From: Candidatus Omnitrophota bacterium
GTDB taxonomy: Bacteria > Omnitrophota > Gorgyraeia > Duberdicusellales > 4484-171
Direction of reading: 5' to 3'
DNA: 64,000 nucleotides
Assembly (NCBI GenBank): GCA_037146775.1
Contig: JBAWWL010000005.1
Span: forward strand, 33,848-97,847
The translations under genes and the position numbers were made by a program. Under the pieces are notes generated by a model. That model was not told the DNA's origin. It ran no database searches and was given only the letters and a program-made list of their open reading frames with translations. The stretch's first letter is position 1. Every line of letters starts with the position of its first letter. This document shows, piece by piece, positions 8,168-16,764 of this stretch.

Positions 8168-9370
8168 ATGGCGAGTTTTTCTTATCATATCAAAAACAGG
8201 GAAGGCAAGGATGTCAAGGGTATTGCCGAAGCCGAGTCAAAAGAAAAACTAATAGAGTATTTTCAGAAGGAAGGTTTTGTCATTTTCGATATTTTCGAAA
8301 CCAAGCGGAAAACAAAAGTTTCCCGCTACGGAAAAATTTCCAGCGAAGACTTAGTGATTTTTTCCCGCCAACTTACCACCTTGATTGAAAGTAACATTTC
8401 CATCGTCGAAGCTTTAGAGATTCTTAAGTCCCAGGTGGAGAAGCCGTTTTTTAGAGAAGTATTAGGCATGGTGTTGAAAGATGTACGCGAAGGCTCTTCG
8501 CTTTCCAGCGCTTTTGCCAAGCACGCGCGGGTATTTCCGGAAATCTATATCAGCATGGTTGAAGCAGGTGAGGCCAGCGGAAATTTAGCATCCATTTTAG
8601 AGCGCGTGTCAGGGTATCTTGAGAAAAGCAGCGCTCTACGCAAAAAAGTAATTTCATCTTTATATTACCCCGTGATTATCGTTCTGATGGCAACTGCGAT
8701 TACCGGCTTCCTGCTTTTGAAGGTCATCCCGACTTTTAAGAGTGTTTTTGATTCGTTGGGAGGAAAGCTTCCTCTACCTACACAAATTTTAATATTAGTC
8801 TCCAACTTTTTACAGGCATATTTCGTTTATCTTGTTATCGGATTTGTTGCGGCTATTATTTTATTTTTGCGTTATATCAACACCAACAGAGGAAAACGGC
8901 AATACCACAAGTTACTTATCCGGCTGCCGATCGTAGGTGATTTAGTTAAAAAAATTGCCATTGCCCGTTTTTCCCGCACTTTTGCCACCTTAATCAAAAG
9001 CGGCGTATCGATTATCAAATGTTTGGACATTGTAGCTAATACTTCCGGCAACAAAATTATCGAGGACGCGGTGAAAAAATCAAAAAAACTTATCCAGGAA
9101 GGCCAAACCATTTCTACTCCCCTGGAAGAAAGTGGTATTTTTCCCCCTATGGTAGTTAAGATGGTGGCCATAGGCGAAAAAAGCGGTAAATTGGAGGAGA
9201 TGCTTTCCAAGATAGCGCAATTCTACGAAGAACAGACTGATGCCATGGTAGCCGGACTTTCCAGCCTGATTGAGCCGGTTATTATCGCCTTTTTAGGTGT
9301 GATTGTGGGTGGTATAGTTGTTTCTTTATTCCTACCGATTTTCCAGATTACTCAATATCTGAATAAATAA
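8168..9370 (+). CDS. pilC: Type IV pilus platform protein PilC/GspF
   Basis: FSRQLTTLI, MVEAGEASGNL, ARFSRTFATLIKSGV, GEKSGKLEEML, LIEPVII. Confidence 0.95.
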   Translation: MASFSYHIKNREGKDVKGIAEAESKEKLIEYFQKEGFVIFDIFETKRKTKVSRYGKISSEDLVIFSRQLTTLIESNISIVEALEILKSQVEKPFFREVLGMVLKDVREGSSLSSAFAKHARVFPEIYISMVEAGEASGNLASILERVSGYLEKSSALRKKVISSLYYPVIIVLMATAITGFLLLKVIPTFKSVFDSLGGKLPLPTQILILVSNFLQAYFVYLVIGFVAAIILFLRYINTNRGKRQYHKLLIRLPIVGDLVKKIAIARFSRTFATLIKSGVSIIKCLDIVANTSGNKIIEDAVKKSKKLIQEGQTISTPLEESGIFPPMVVKMVAIGEKSGKLEEMLSKIAQFYEEQTDAMVAGLSSLIEPVIIAFLGVIVGGIVVSLFLPIFQITQYLNK

Positions 9371-9551
9371 CAATTTCAAGCTTAAATTTACTGCTTCCCA
9401 GCCCAGTTTGTCTATACTTCCTCTCTCTATCCCCCCACTCAATACTCACTACTATATACTCACGACTATGTTCGAGAACGCAATTTAGCTTCTTGAGCGC
9501 CAAAAGTTATAACTATTCAATGTTTATAAGGCTTTCTGGCTCCTGTCTAAA

Positions 9552-9580
9552 TTGACAAGTGAGGGGGGATGTGGTATATT
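9552..9580 (+). promoter_or_regulatory. Sigma70-type promoter for the pilin gene
   Basis: TTGACA-17 bp-TATATT with TGn extension. Confidence 0.7.
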
Positions 9581-9595
9581 CAAATTGAGCCATAA

Positions 9596-9758
9596 TGTTC
9601 TTTGAAAACAAAGAGATTCTTAAGATTAAGCGATTTTATTTAGTATAGGTAGAGGAAATAGTAATAAATTACTTGTGTTTATATATAATTCGTATTTAAA
9701 TACTGTTATATTCTATCCCGCTATTTCTATCATCTATATCTACTTTTAATCTTAAGAA
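9596..9758 (+). promoter_or_regulatory. Pilin leader with boxA-like element and a long stem-loop
   Basis: tgttctttgaaaac at 9596-9609; perfect 13-bp inverted repeat 9617-9629/9746-9758 with further inner pairing. Confidence 0.5.
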
Positions 9759-9887
9759 ATTATTACGAAATAAGCACAATTTATCTTTTTCTTCATACAT
9801 ATATTTTATATTGAGCAAAGCTCTGATGGAAGGAGGTGGATAAAGGGCAAAAGGGCTTTGAGTGATTAACCAAAAAAGGAGGATACA

Positions 9888-10310
9888 ATGAAAAAAGGTT
9901 TTACTCTTGTAGAAATTATGATCGTAGTCGCAATCATTGCCTTATTGGCGGCCTTAGCCATACCTAACCTGTTAAGGTCAAGATTAAATGCTTCGGAAGG
10001 GTATGCTCAAGCAACCTTAAGAGCTATTTCGACGGCTGCTGAAAGTTATGCTGCTGCCCATGAGGGGAAATATCCAGCGGTCAGTCTCACTGCAGATTTA
10101 TTTGGCGCTGACCCAAAATATATCAACAAAGATTACGTAGCGGATTGTACTGCTGGAAGTCCTTGTCAGGGGTATAGTTTTGCTTATACCGCTGCTGTTA
10201 CGGGTTACACTTCAACCGCCACACCGCAAGGAGCCCTTGTTGCTAAGGCAAAATCATACAGTATTACTACTGGTGGTGTTTTGACCGGCGCAGTTGCTGC
10301 GGCAGAATAG
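9888..10310 (+). CDS. Type IV pilin (probable major pilin)
   Basis: MKKG|FTLVEIMIVVAIIALLAALAIP class III signal peptide, strong SD, own terminator. Confidence 0.93.
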   Translation: MKKGFTLVEIMIVVAIIALLAALAIPNLLRSRLNASEGYAQATLRAISTAAESYAAAHEGKYPAVSLTADLFGADPKYINKDYVADCTAGSPCQGYSFAYTAAVTGYTSTATPQGALVAKAKSYSITTGGVLTGAVAAAE

Positions 10311-10330
10311 GACTTAGTTGTTTCGATTAT

Positions 10331-10362
10331 AACCGCCTCTTTAAAAAAGAGGCGGTTTCTTA
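10331..10362 (+). terminator. Intrinsic terminator after the pilin gene
   Basis: aaccgcctctt/aagaggcggtt stem then T-rich tail. Confidence 0.8.
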
Positions 10363-10478
10363 TTTTCTGGCAGATATTTTATGTAAATATCTGCTTTACG
10401 TTGATGCTCCATACGTATATAATAAAATATAATCTTCCTTGCATCGAATAGCAGGATTTTCCAAGGTTACGGTGAAGA

Positions 10479-10922
10479 ATGATGAAAAAATATAGCAAGA
10501 ACCATTCGATATTTAAGACATTTACTCTGGTGGAAATAATGATTGTGGTGGCCATCATAACAGTATTGGCGACATTACTCAGTCTTAACCTTTTAAGGGC
10601 AAAATTACACAGCGCTGAAGCCAATGCTCAAGCGACGTTACGGGCTATCTCTACTGCCTTAGAGTCCTATGCGAGCGCGAAAGCAGGGGCTTTCCCTGTG
10701 GGTAACAATCTTAGCCTGTTATATAACGAAGACCCAAAATATATCAACAAAGATTATGTAACTGACTGCACTGTTGGAAGCCCTTGCCAGGGATATGCTT
10801 ATAGCTGCAACTTGAGCTTAGCAGGTTATACCTGCAGCGCAACTCCTCAGGGTAACTATCATAACGCCAAAACATTTACCGTTGAAACCGGCGGCGTTTT
10901 GAAGGAATTTGCTAACCAATAG
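10479..10922 (+). CDS. Second type IV pilin, paralog of 9888-10310
   Basis: T|FTLVEIMIVVAII; shares AQATLRAISTA and DPKYINKDYVxDCTxGSPCQGY. Confidence 0.88.
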   Translation: MMKKYSKNHSIFKTFTLVEIMIVVAIITVLATLLSLNLLRAKLHSAEANAQATLRAISTALESYASAKAGAFPVGNNLSLLYNEDPKYINKDYVTDCTVGSPCQGYAYSCNLSLAGYTCSATPQGNYHNAKTFTVETGGVLKEFANQ

Positions 10923-11055
10923 CCTTATTTCCCGCCAAACGTCATCATGTTTTTACCACTTTGGTAAAATATTCTAGCTTGCAGGCCAGGGACGGACAAC
11001 GCGATTGTCTCTTTTTATAAACCTTGAAAATAAAGCCTTTTTCACAAGAGATACG

Positions 11056-11084
11056 TTGACAATGCAATACCTGAGTAATAGAAT
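11056..11084 (+). promoter_or_regulatory. Sigma70-type promoter for pilM operon
   Basis: TTGACA-17 bp-TAGAAT; ATG 9 nt downstream. Confidence 0.68.
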
Positions 11085-11093
11085 AATACCAAA

Positions 11094-12089
11094 ATGCAAT
11101 TTCCATACACCAAATTTCTAAATTTTGGCGAGTTTTTCAATAAAAAGAACGAAGATTTTGTCGCTATTAATGTAGGCAATTATCACGTCAAGGGGTTGAT
11201 AGTAAAATCAGGCAAACCAACCGACTATTTTTTGAAAGAAAGAAAAGACATATCAACAACCCTCAAAGAAATCTGGCAAGAAAAAAAGATTACTACCGAT
11301 AACGTAGCAATTTCCGTTAAAGACCCCACCACATTGACCAGATATTTTCCTTTTCCGAAAATCGATAAGAAAAAACTGCGCCAGAGCCTGTTTTACGAAC
11401 TCAATAAACACATTCCTTTTTCTCCGGAAGAGGTATATTTTGATTTTGCTCTTTTAGGAGACGCAAGTCCAACGCAATCATGGTTATTGCTCGCCGTAGC
11501 TAAAAAAGAATTTATCAATAACATACTGGATATCTTCACTCGCGAAAAACTAAACGTCACGTATATCAGTTTAGACAGTATTTGCCTGGTGAATTTTTTT
11601 CTTCATTACTACGATCAGCACAAAAAAACAAATACTTGTCTTTTAGATGTCGGAAGCAGCTTTTCGACGCTGACGATATTGCGTTCTGGCGTACCGTTTT
11701 TAACCAGGGATATAAGCTTTAGCGCTAAGGATGTTTTTGGGGTTATTTCTCATATCAAAAATATTCCGTTACCTGAAATAGAAAAGCAGCTACTTTTGCC
11801 TAACAACCAGGAGCTGCTTGAGCTCGCGCAGGATAGCCTGACAAATTTGTGCAAAGAGGTGAAAAACTCCTTTGATTATTTTGAAGTGAACAAAGGCGAG
11901 CATATAGAACAAATGTATCTTTCCGGTGGCTTAACCTATCTGGCGGGTGTCGAAGCTATTTTTAAGGACTATTTAGGCATTGAGACCGCGTTATTGAGTA
12001 ATACGCAAGCCGCGGCAGCGGGATTTTCTGACGAGGCCTTTCAAAAGCTAAAGAGAAGTTTTACGGTTGCTTTCGGCCTTTTGGTATAA
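11094..12089 (+). CDS. pilM: PilM-like actin-fold pilus assembly protein
   Basis: HIPFSPEEVYFDF, LLAVAKKE, LLDVGSSFS, YLSGG, VAFGL; position in cluster. Confidence 0.82.
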   Translation: MQFPYTKFLNFGEFFNKKNEDFVAINVGNYHVKGLIVKSGKPTDYFLKERKDISTTLKEIWQEKKITTDNVAISVKDPTTLTRYFPFPKIDKKKLRQSLFYELNKHIPFSPEEVYFDFALLGDASPTQSWLLLAVAKKEFINNILDIFTREKLNVTYISLDSICLVNFFLHYYDQHKKTNTCLLDVGSSFSTLTILRSGVPFLTRDISFSAKDVFGVISHIKNIPLPEIEKQLLLPNNQELLELAQDSLTNLCKEVKNSFDYFEVNKGEHIEQMYLSGGLTYLAGVEAIFKDYLGIETALLSNTQAAAAGFSDEAFQKLKRSFTVAFGLLV

Positions 12090-12094
12090 TAGCC

Positions 12095-12649
12095 ATGGAA
12101 AAAATAAGTATTAACTTAAATCCGCAAAAGCAACAACCCGTAAGCTCTTTCTTGGGGCAGGGCCTGCGCTATGCTTTACTTGCGGCGTTAGGTTTAGGCA
12201 TAGTGGTAATTATTGGTGGTATTTTTTTAATTATCCAAGCGGGCATACTTGGGTATTATGAAGGAAAATGGAAACAATGGGCAGATAAGTTTCAAACCAT
12301 TGATGTCATCAAGAAAGAAGTAGCCAACTTAGAAAGTGAGCGTAACGAATTCCAGAAAATAATCACTCCGCAAATCCAGATAGCAGTAATTTTTCAGGAC
12401 ATTTTTGTGTCTCTGCCCAAAAATACCTGGCTTGAACAGCTTAGTTTTAAGAAAGATTCGGTTAGCCTTCGGGGGTACGTGATTAAGATAGGAGAAGATT
12501 ACCTGGCAACATTAGATACGTTTGTCGACGCTCTTAAGGAAAAAAAATATTTTTCTTCAAAATTTAGCAAAATAACCATAAAAAGTTCGCAGACAAAAAA
12601 TTATAATGGAATGGAGGCAATGGAGTTTGTTATAGAATGCGTAAACTAA
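12095..12649 (+). CDS. pilN: PilN-like protein
   Basis: INLNP N-terminal motif, one TM, coiled coil, LPKNTWLEQL. Confidence 0.75.
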   Translation: MEKISINLNPQKQQPVSSFLGQGLRYALLAALGLGIVVIIGGIFLIIQAGILGYYEGKWKQWADKFQTIDVIKKEVANLESERNEFQKIITPQIQIAVIFQDIFVSLPKNTWLEQLSFKKDSVSLRGYVIKIGEDYLATLDTFVDALKEKKYFSSKFSKITIKSSQTKNYNGMEAMEFVIECVN

Positions 12650-13182
12650 AAATCGAAAGAAACGTTATAATCTTTACCGCAATTATTGCAATCGCTGTCT
12701 TAGAGCTTTTGGTGTTATTGCCCCTGGAGGTGTCTCGAATTGTTGCTGTGCAGAAGAAGATTTCTGGCATAAAACGTAATCTTGTTACTATCGAAACAGA
12801 CTGGCCCAATAAAGATACCTATATCCGCAACCAAGAGGCAATTAGAGAGGCAATTGTGGGTACGCATGGAAAATTTGTCAGCCCACAAGAGGCATCCAAC
12901 CTGTTTTCTTTTATTTCTTCGGGAGGAAAAAAATTTAACGTAGAAATAAAAGTACTTAACCCTGCTGATTTGCAGGAATACGCTTCTACCAAGGCCGGAA
13001 AAATAAAATATTTGCCTATTACTATTTCTTTGCAAAGTTCGTTTCACAATCTTGCTCGCTTTTTGGAATATCTGCAGACCAGTCAATATTTCTTTGAGGT
13101 CAAGGAACTTAAAATTGGTTCTGGTTTTCCCACAAATGCGGTAGAAATGGTGTTATGTGGTTTAGTAAAAACAAAAGAATAG
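12637..13182 (+). CDS. pilO: PilO-like protein
   Basis: One TM, coiled coil, LPITISLQSSFHNLARFLEYL. Confidence 0.75.
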   Translation: MRKLKIERNVIIFTAIIAIAVLELLVLLPLEVSRIVAVQKKISGIKRNLVTIETDWPNKDTYIRNQEAIREAIVGTHGKFVSPQEASNLFSFISSGGKKFNVEIKVLNPADLQEYASTKAGKIKYLPITISLQSSFHNLARFLEYLQTSQYFFEVKELKIGSGFPTNAVEMVLCGLVKTKE

Positions 13183-13508
13183 TTATCGTGGCCGGCTTGG
13201 CGTTGCTGTGTGCCTGTACTCTTTTTGCCAAAGAAGAGAAATACCCTTTTGACCAGAATACTCGCGATCCTTTTTTACCTTTGGTCAGCAAGACAGGCCA
13301 ACTGCTTATACAAAAAGAAGCGACGCAGGGCGGTATGGTGCTTAAAGGTATCATCTATTCGTCTCGAGGGAGCTTAGCAATTATAAGTAATGAAGTATTT
13401 AAAAAAGATGATAAAATAAATGATTATAGTATAATGAAAATAGGCCGAAAGAAAGTTATTTTAAAAAAAGGTAAAGAAATACTTGTTTTAAAGTTGGAGG
13501 GAAAATGA
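13155..13508 (+). CDS. PilP-like protein
   Basis: Signal peptide, RDPFLPLV, LKGIIYS; between pilO and the secretin. Confidence 0.65.
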   Translation: MWFSKNKRIVIVAGLALLCACTLFAKEEKYPFDQNTRDPFLPLVSKTGQLLIQKEATQGGMVLKGIIYSSRGSLAIISNEVFKKDDKINDYSIMKIGRKKVILKKGKEILVLKLEGK

Positions 13509-15133
13509 TCAAATATCGAATGTCTGATAATATGGGTCAGAAGTCAGAGGTCAGAAGTCAGAGGTCAGAAGTCAGAGGACAGATGTCAGAGGACAGACGA
13601 CAGAGGTCGGATGTCAGATTTTTCTGTTTTCTTCTTTGTGCCTTCTGTTTTCTGACAACAGCCTTCTACCCTCTGTTTTCTTTTGCCCAGGAGGAGATTA
13701 TTCCGGTTATTAAATTTAAAGACGCGGATATCAAGGTGGTGCTGCAATCTATAGCCCAGAAGGCTGTTAAGGACGGGCGGAAGGTAAATATTGTTATCAG
13801 CCCAAAGGTGGAGGGCTTGGTGACAGTTGATTTGGAAAGTGTTAACTGGCAGACTGCGCTCAAGGGTGTGCTCAATGCCTACGGTTATAGTTATCGTTGG
13901 GCAGGGGAGAACATTATTTTGGTAGCGACAATTGATGAAATTAAAGAGCGCGAGGTGCAAGATAAAGAAAGACAGGAAATCGAAGTTCCCAAGATCAAGA
14001 TTTTTAAATTAAAATATATTGATGCAAATGATGCGAAAAAAACTATTACTCCTTTGCTTTCTCCGGTTGGTAAAGTGTCTGTTTTGGAGGCTACTGGCCA
14101 AGCAGGATGGGAGTTTGGAGACGATTTTGCTAAGCGTAAGAGGGCAGAGCAGGGACAAATTTCCCGCACTAAATCATTAATAGTTTCCGATGTTTCAAAA
14201 AGCCTGGAAGAGATAGAGAAATTGCTGGTTGAGGTAGACATTATGCCCAAACAGGTGTTGATAAAAGTCAAGATTATGGAAGTTGACAAGGATGTGCTAG
14301 ATGACATTGGTTTTGAATGGGGAACAGGAAAAGGTGGAGCCGGAGGAGTGTCGTTTGATCAGTTAGACGTTAATGGTAAAAATACAAAAAATTTAGGTGG
14401 TCGCATGTGGACTGGAGTGGATCCTTCTGTTTTGACAGATGGTGGTTTAAATACGGCCAAAGAAGGATTGAAGATCGATTTTAAGAGTATTACCGGCTCA
14501 CAGTTTGAAGTGATTATGCATGCCTTGGAAAAAGACAAACGAGCAATCACCCTTTCCGCACCTTCTATTTTAACTCTGAACAATCAAGAGGCTTCGATAT
14601 TGGTGGGTTCGAAATTTCCCATAGTCAAAACCCAGGTAAGCGAACAAAGCAACCAGATTATTGGTGGTTCCTTAGAAAAATATCAGGATATCGGTATACA
14701 GTTAAATGTAGTACCGCAAATATGCGGCGAAGAGGAAAATTATGTAAATATGATTCTACACCCGGTAGTTTCAACCAAGACCGGGACTGTGGATATTAAA
14801 ACTACTGCTGACCCGCCGACAATACTTGCGCAATATCCGATGCTTGAGGTCAGAGAGGCGCAAACGCAGGCAGTCGTCAAGGATGGCGAAACCATTGTTT
14901 TAGGTGGTTTATTGAAAGACGCCAAATCAAAAGAATATAGAGGTATCCCGGTTTTAGATAAGCTTCCTTTTTTCGGTTCTCTTTTTAGGCGCGAGGGTGA
15001 TAATAGATCAAAAATAGATTTATTGATCTTTATCACCGCGCACGTGATACGGCAAGGAGAAGTTCTGCCGCAGGAAGCAATAAACATAACTCCGGTTACT
15101 TCCAAGTTCAAAAGAAAACAAAATGTATACTGA
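13505..15133 (+). CDS. Secretin (PilQ/GspD family) with repeat-derived N-terminus
   Basis: FKDADIKVVL, PKQVLIKVKIMEV, APSILTLNNQEASI, KDGETIVLGGL, GIPVLDKLPFFGSLF. Confidence 0.92.
   Translation: MIKYRMSDNMGQKSEVRSQRSEVRGQMSEDRRQRSDVRFFCFLLCAFCFLTTAFYPLFSFAQEEIIPVIKFKDADIKVVLQSIAQKAVKDGRKVNIVISPKVEGLVTVDLESVNWQTALKGVLNAYGYSYRWAGENIILVATIDEIKEREVQDKERQEIEVPKIKIFKLKYIDANDAKKTITPLLSPVGKVSVLEATGQAGWEFGDDFAKRKRAEQGQISRTKSLIVSDVSKSLEEIEKLLVEVDIMPKQVLIKVKIMEVDKDVLDDIGFEWGTGKGGAGGVSFDQLDVNGKNTKNLGGRMWTGVDPSVLTDGGLNTAKEGLKIDFKSITGSQFEVIMHALEKDKRAITLSAPSILTLNNQEASILVGSKFPIVKTQVSEQSNQIIGGSLEKYQDIGIQLNVVPQICGEEENYVNMILHPVVSTKTGTVDIKTTADPPTILAQYPMLEVREAQTQAVVKDGETIVLGGLLKDAKSKEYRGIPVLDKLPFFGSLFRREGDNRSKIDLLIFITAHVIRQGEVLPQEAINITPVTSKFKRKQNVY
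13535..13657 (+). repeat. Twelve in-frame NNNCAGA heptamers followed by five degenerate inverted heptamers inside the secretin gene
   Basis: 13535-13618 = 12 x 7 = 84 nt; 13623-13657 tctgttt tcttctt tgtgcct tctgttt tctgaca. Confidence 0.9.
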
Positions 15134-15920
15134 TTATTACGGCCTAAAAACTTCACCTTTTGATATTACCAGTAATCCGCACATTTTTTTCGAGAGCGGC
15201 TCGCACAAGGAAGCGCTTGCATGTCTTGTGTACGGTATCAGCGAGAAAAAAGGTATTATACTGATCACCGGCGAAGTGGGAACCGGTAAAACCACTCTTT
15301 GTAAAGCGCTGCTGACTAAATTGCCGCCGCAGGTCAAAACGTCGCTGACGCTCAACCCTTATTTTAGCGAGGTCCAGTTGTTACAGGCAATTGTTGAGGA
15401 TTTCGGTCTGACTCTGAAGAAGAAAAGCCGTTTAGATATTATAAAAACACTGAATGCTTTTTTGGTTGATATCAGCGCACAAGGTGGTAACGCAGTGGTG
15501 ATTATTGACGAGGCGCAGAATTTAACCAGCAGGCAGCTTGAACAGATTCGCCTACTGTCTAACCTGGAAACCTCAAATGAAAAGTTATTGCAGATAGTGC
15601 TTTCCGGCCAGCCGGAACTGCAAGAAAAACTTAATCAATTCAACTTGCGCCAGATCCGCCAGCGCATCTGCATTAAATATAATATTGCACCTTTGGGAGA
15701 AGAAGAAGTGAAAGACTATGTGCAGTTTCGGCTTAAACTTGCCGGACAAAATGATATTAGTATTGTACCGGAAAGTTTCAAGGTTATTTATGAATTTTCC
15801 CGAGGCGTTCCCCGCTTAATTAACGTGCTGTGCGACAGGGCCCTATTGTGCGGCTTTGTGAAGGAGCGCAAAGTTTTTGACGAAGAAATTTTCCGTACCT
15901 GCATCGAAGAATTAAAATAA
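15123..15920 (+). CDS. ExeA/GspA/MshM-like AAA ATPase
   Basis: YYGLKTSPF, TGEVGTGKTT, IIDEAQNL, LQIVLSGQPEL, GVPRLINVLCD. Confidence 0.92.
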   Translation: MYTDYYGLKTSPFDITSNPHIFFESGSHKEALACLVYGISEKKGIILITGEVGTGKTTLCKALLTKLPPQVKTSLTLNPYFSEVQLLQAIVEDFGLTLKKKSRLDIIKTLNAFLVDISAQGGNAVVIIDEAQNLTSRQLEQIRLLSNLETSNEKLLQIVLSGQPELQEKLNQFNLRQIRQRICIKYNIAPLGEEEVKDYVQFRLKLAGQNDISIVPESFKVIYEFSRGVPRLINVLCDRALLCGFVKERKVFDEEIFRTCIEELK

Positions 15921-15965
15921 CTACGGTTTATATAGCGATAATATATAAAAAATTATTTCCCACCA

Positions 15966-15993
15966 TTTTGACATTTGAGATTTGATTTTTGAA
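15966..15993. repeat. Four tandem heptamers of a different family (WTTTGAN)
   Basis: ttttgac atttgag atttgat ttttgaa just upstream of a start codon. Confidence 0.55.
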
Positions 15994-16004
15994 TTTTACA
16001 ATAT

Positions 16005-16490
16005 ATGAGTATAATTTACGAAGCGCTACAGAAAGTTGAAAAGAAATCCGAGCTCGCGAGTATGCCTGTTATGCCGGAAAAAGAAATATTTTCTTCCCGG
16101 CCAAACACTTTTAACCTGCCGCTGGCGCTGCTTGCTTTGGTTGTCCTTCTTTCTTTGGGTTCAACCGGAGCGAAATTGATGACTGCAAAATCAGCTCGTA
16201 CCAGTAAAGTGGCTGTTATGCGCCCTCAGCCTCACAAACAAGTTGTAACGCCTTCGACTGATGTTTCTGTCGCACCCCAGGCTGATTTTGCTTCTGATAC
16301 TGTCGTTACGAATGTACCCTATAGCTTGCAAGGCATTATTTACGATAGCCAGCATCCTTTGGCGATTATCAACGGAAAACAGTTGGGCATAGGCCAAAGC
16401 ATTGAAGATGCTACGGTTATAGATATAACCCAAAAGGGAGTAGAACTGGCGGTGAAAGGAAATAAGATTTATATTTCTCTCGAAGAATAA
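16005..16490 (+). CDS. ExeB/GspB-like membrane-anchored protein
   Basis: MSIIYEALQKVE N-terminus, one TM, LQGIIYD...AIING C-terminal domain. Confidence 0.72.
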   Translation: MSIIYEALQKVEKKSELASMPVMPEKEIFSSRPNTFNLPLALLALVVLLSLGSTGAKLMTAKSARTSKVAVMRPQPHKQVVTPSTDVSVAPQADFASDTVVTNVPYSLQGIIYDSQHPLAIINGKQLGIGQSIEDATVIDITQKGVELAVKGNKIYISLEE

Positions 16491-16496
16491 GAAAAC

Positions 16497-16694
16497 ATGA
16501 ACCAAGAATATAAAAGCTTTTTAATGGCCCTGGGAGCATTGCTGGCCACAGCCGTAATAACAATGAATCTGTTCTCCGCATCGCTTGATACGGGGCTTAT
16601 GTCTATGAGTTCCAACTATCTCTTTTCCGTAGGTAACGGACTTTTACTGATTAATATTGTTTTAATTCGCATTGCCTTAAAGGCTGAAAAGTAG
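16497..16694 (+). CDS. Small two-TM hypothetical protein
   Basis: 65 aa ORF 6 nt after the previous stop with two hydrophobic segments. Confidence 0.55.
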   Translation: MNQEYKSFLMALGALLATAVITMNLFSASLDTGLMSMSSNYLFSVGNGLLLINIVLIRIALKAEK

Positions 16695-16764
16695 TTTTAC
16701 CCGTAAAACCCTTCCGCAACTATTTGGGTGTATAGCCTGCCATAGTACATACTTAAAAATACTT

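Noticed and set aside
9888-10922. Diversity-generating retroelement (Avd-like gene nearby plus two similar pilin segments)
   Set aside because: Differences between the pilin blocks are mostly wobble changes and not adenine-specific; no reverse transcriptase in the window.
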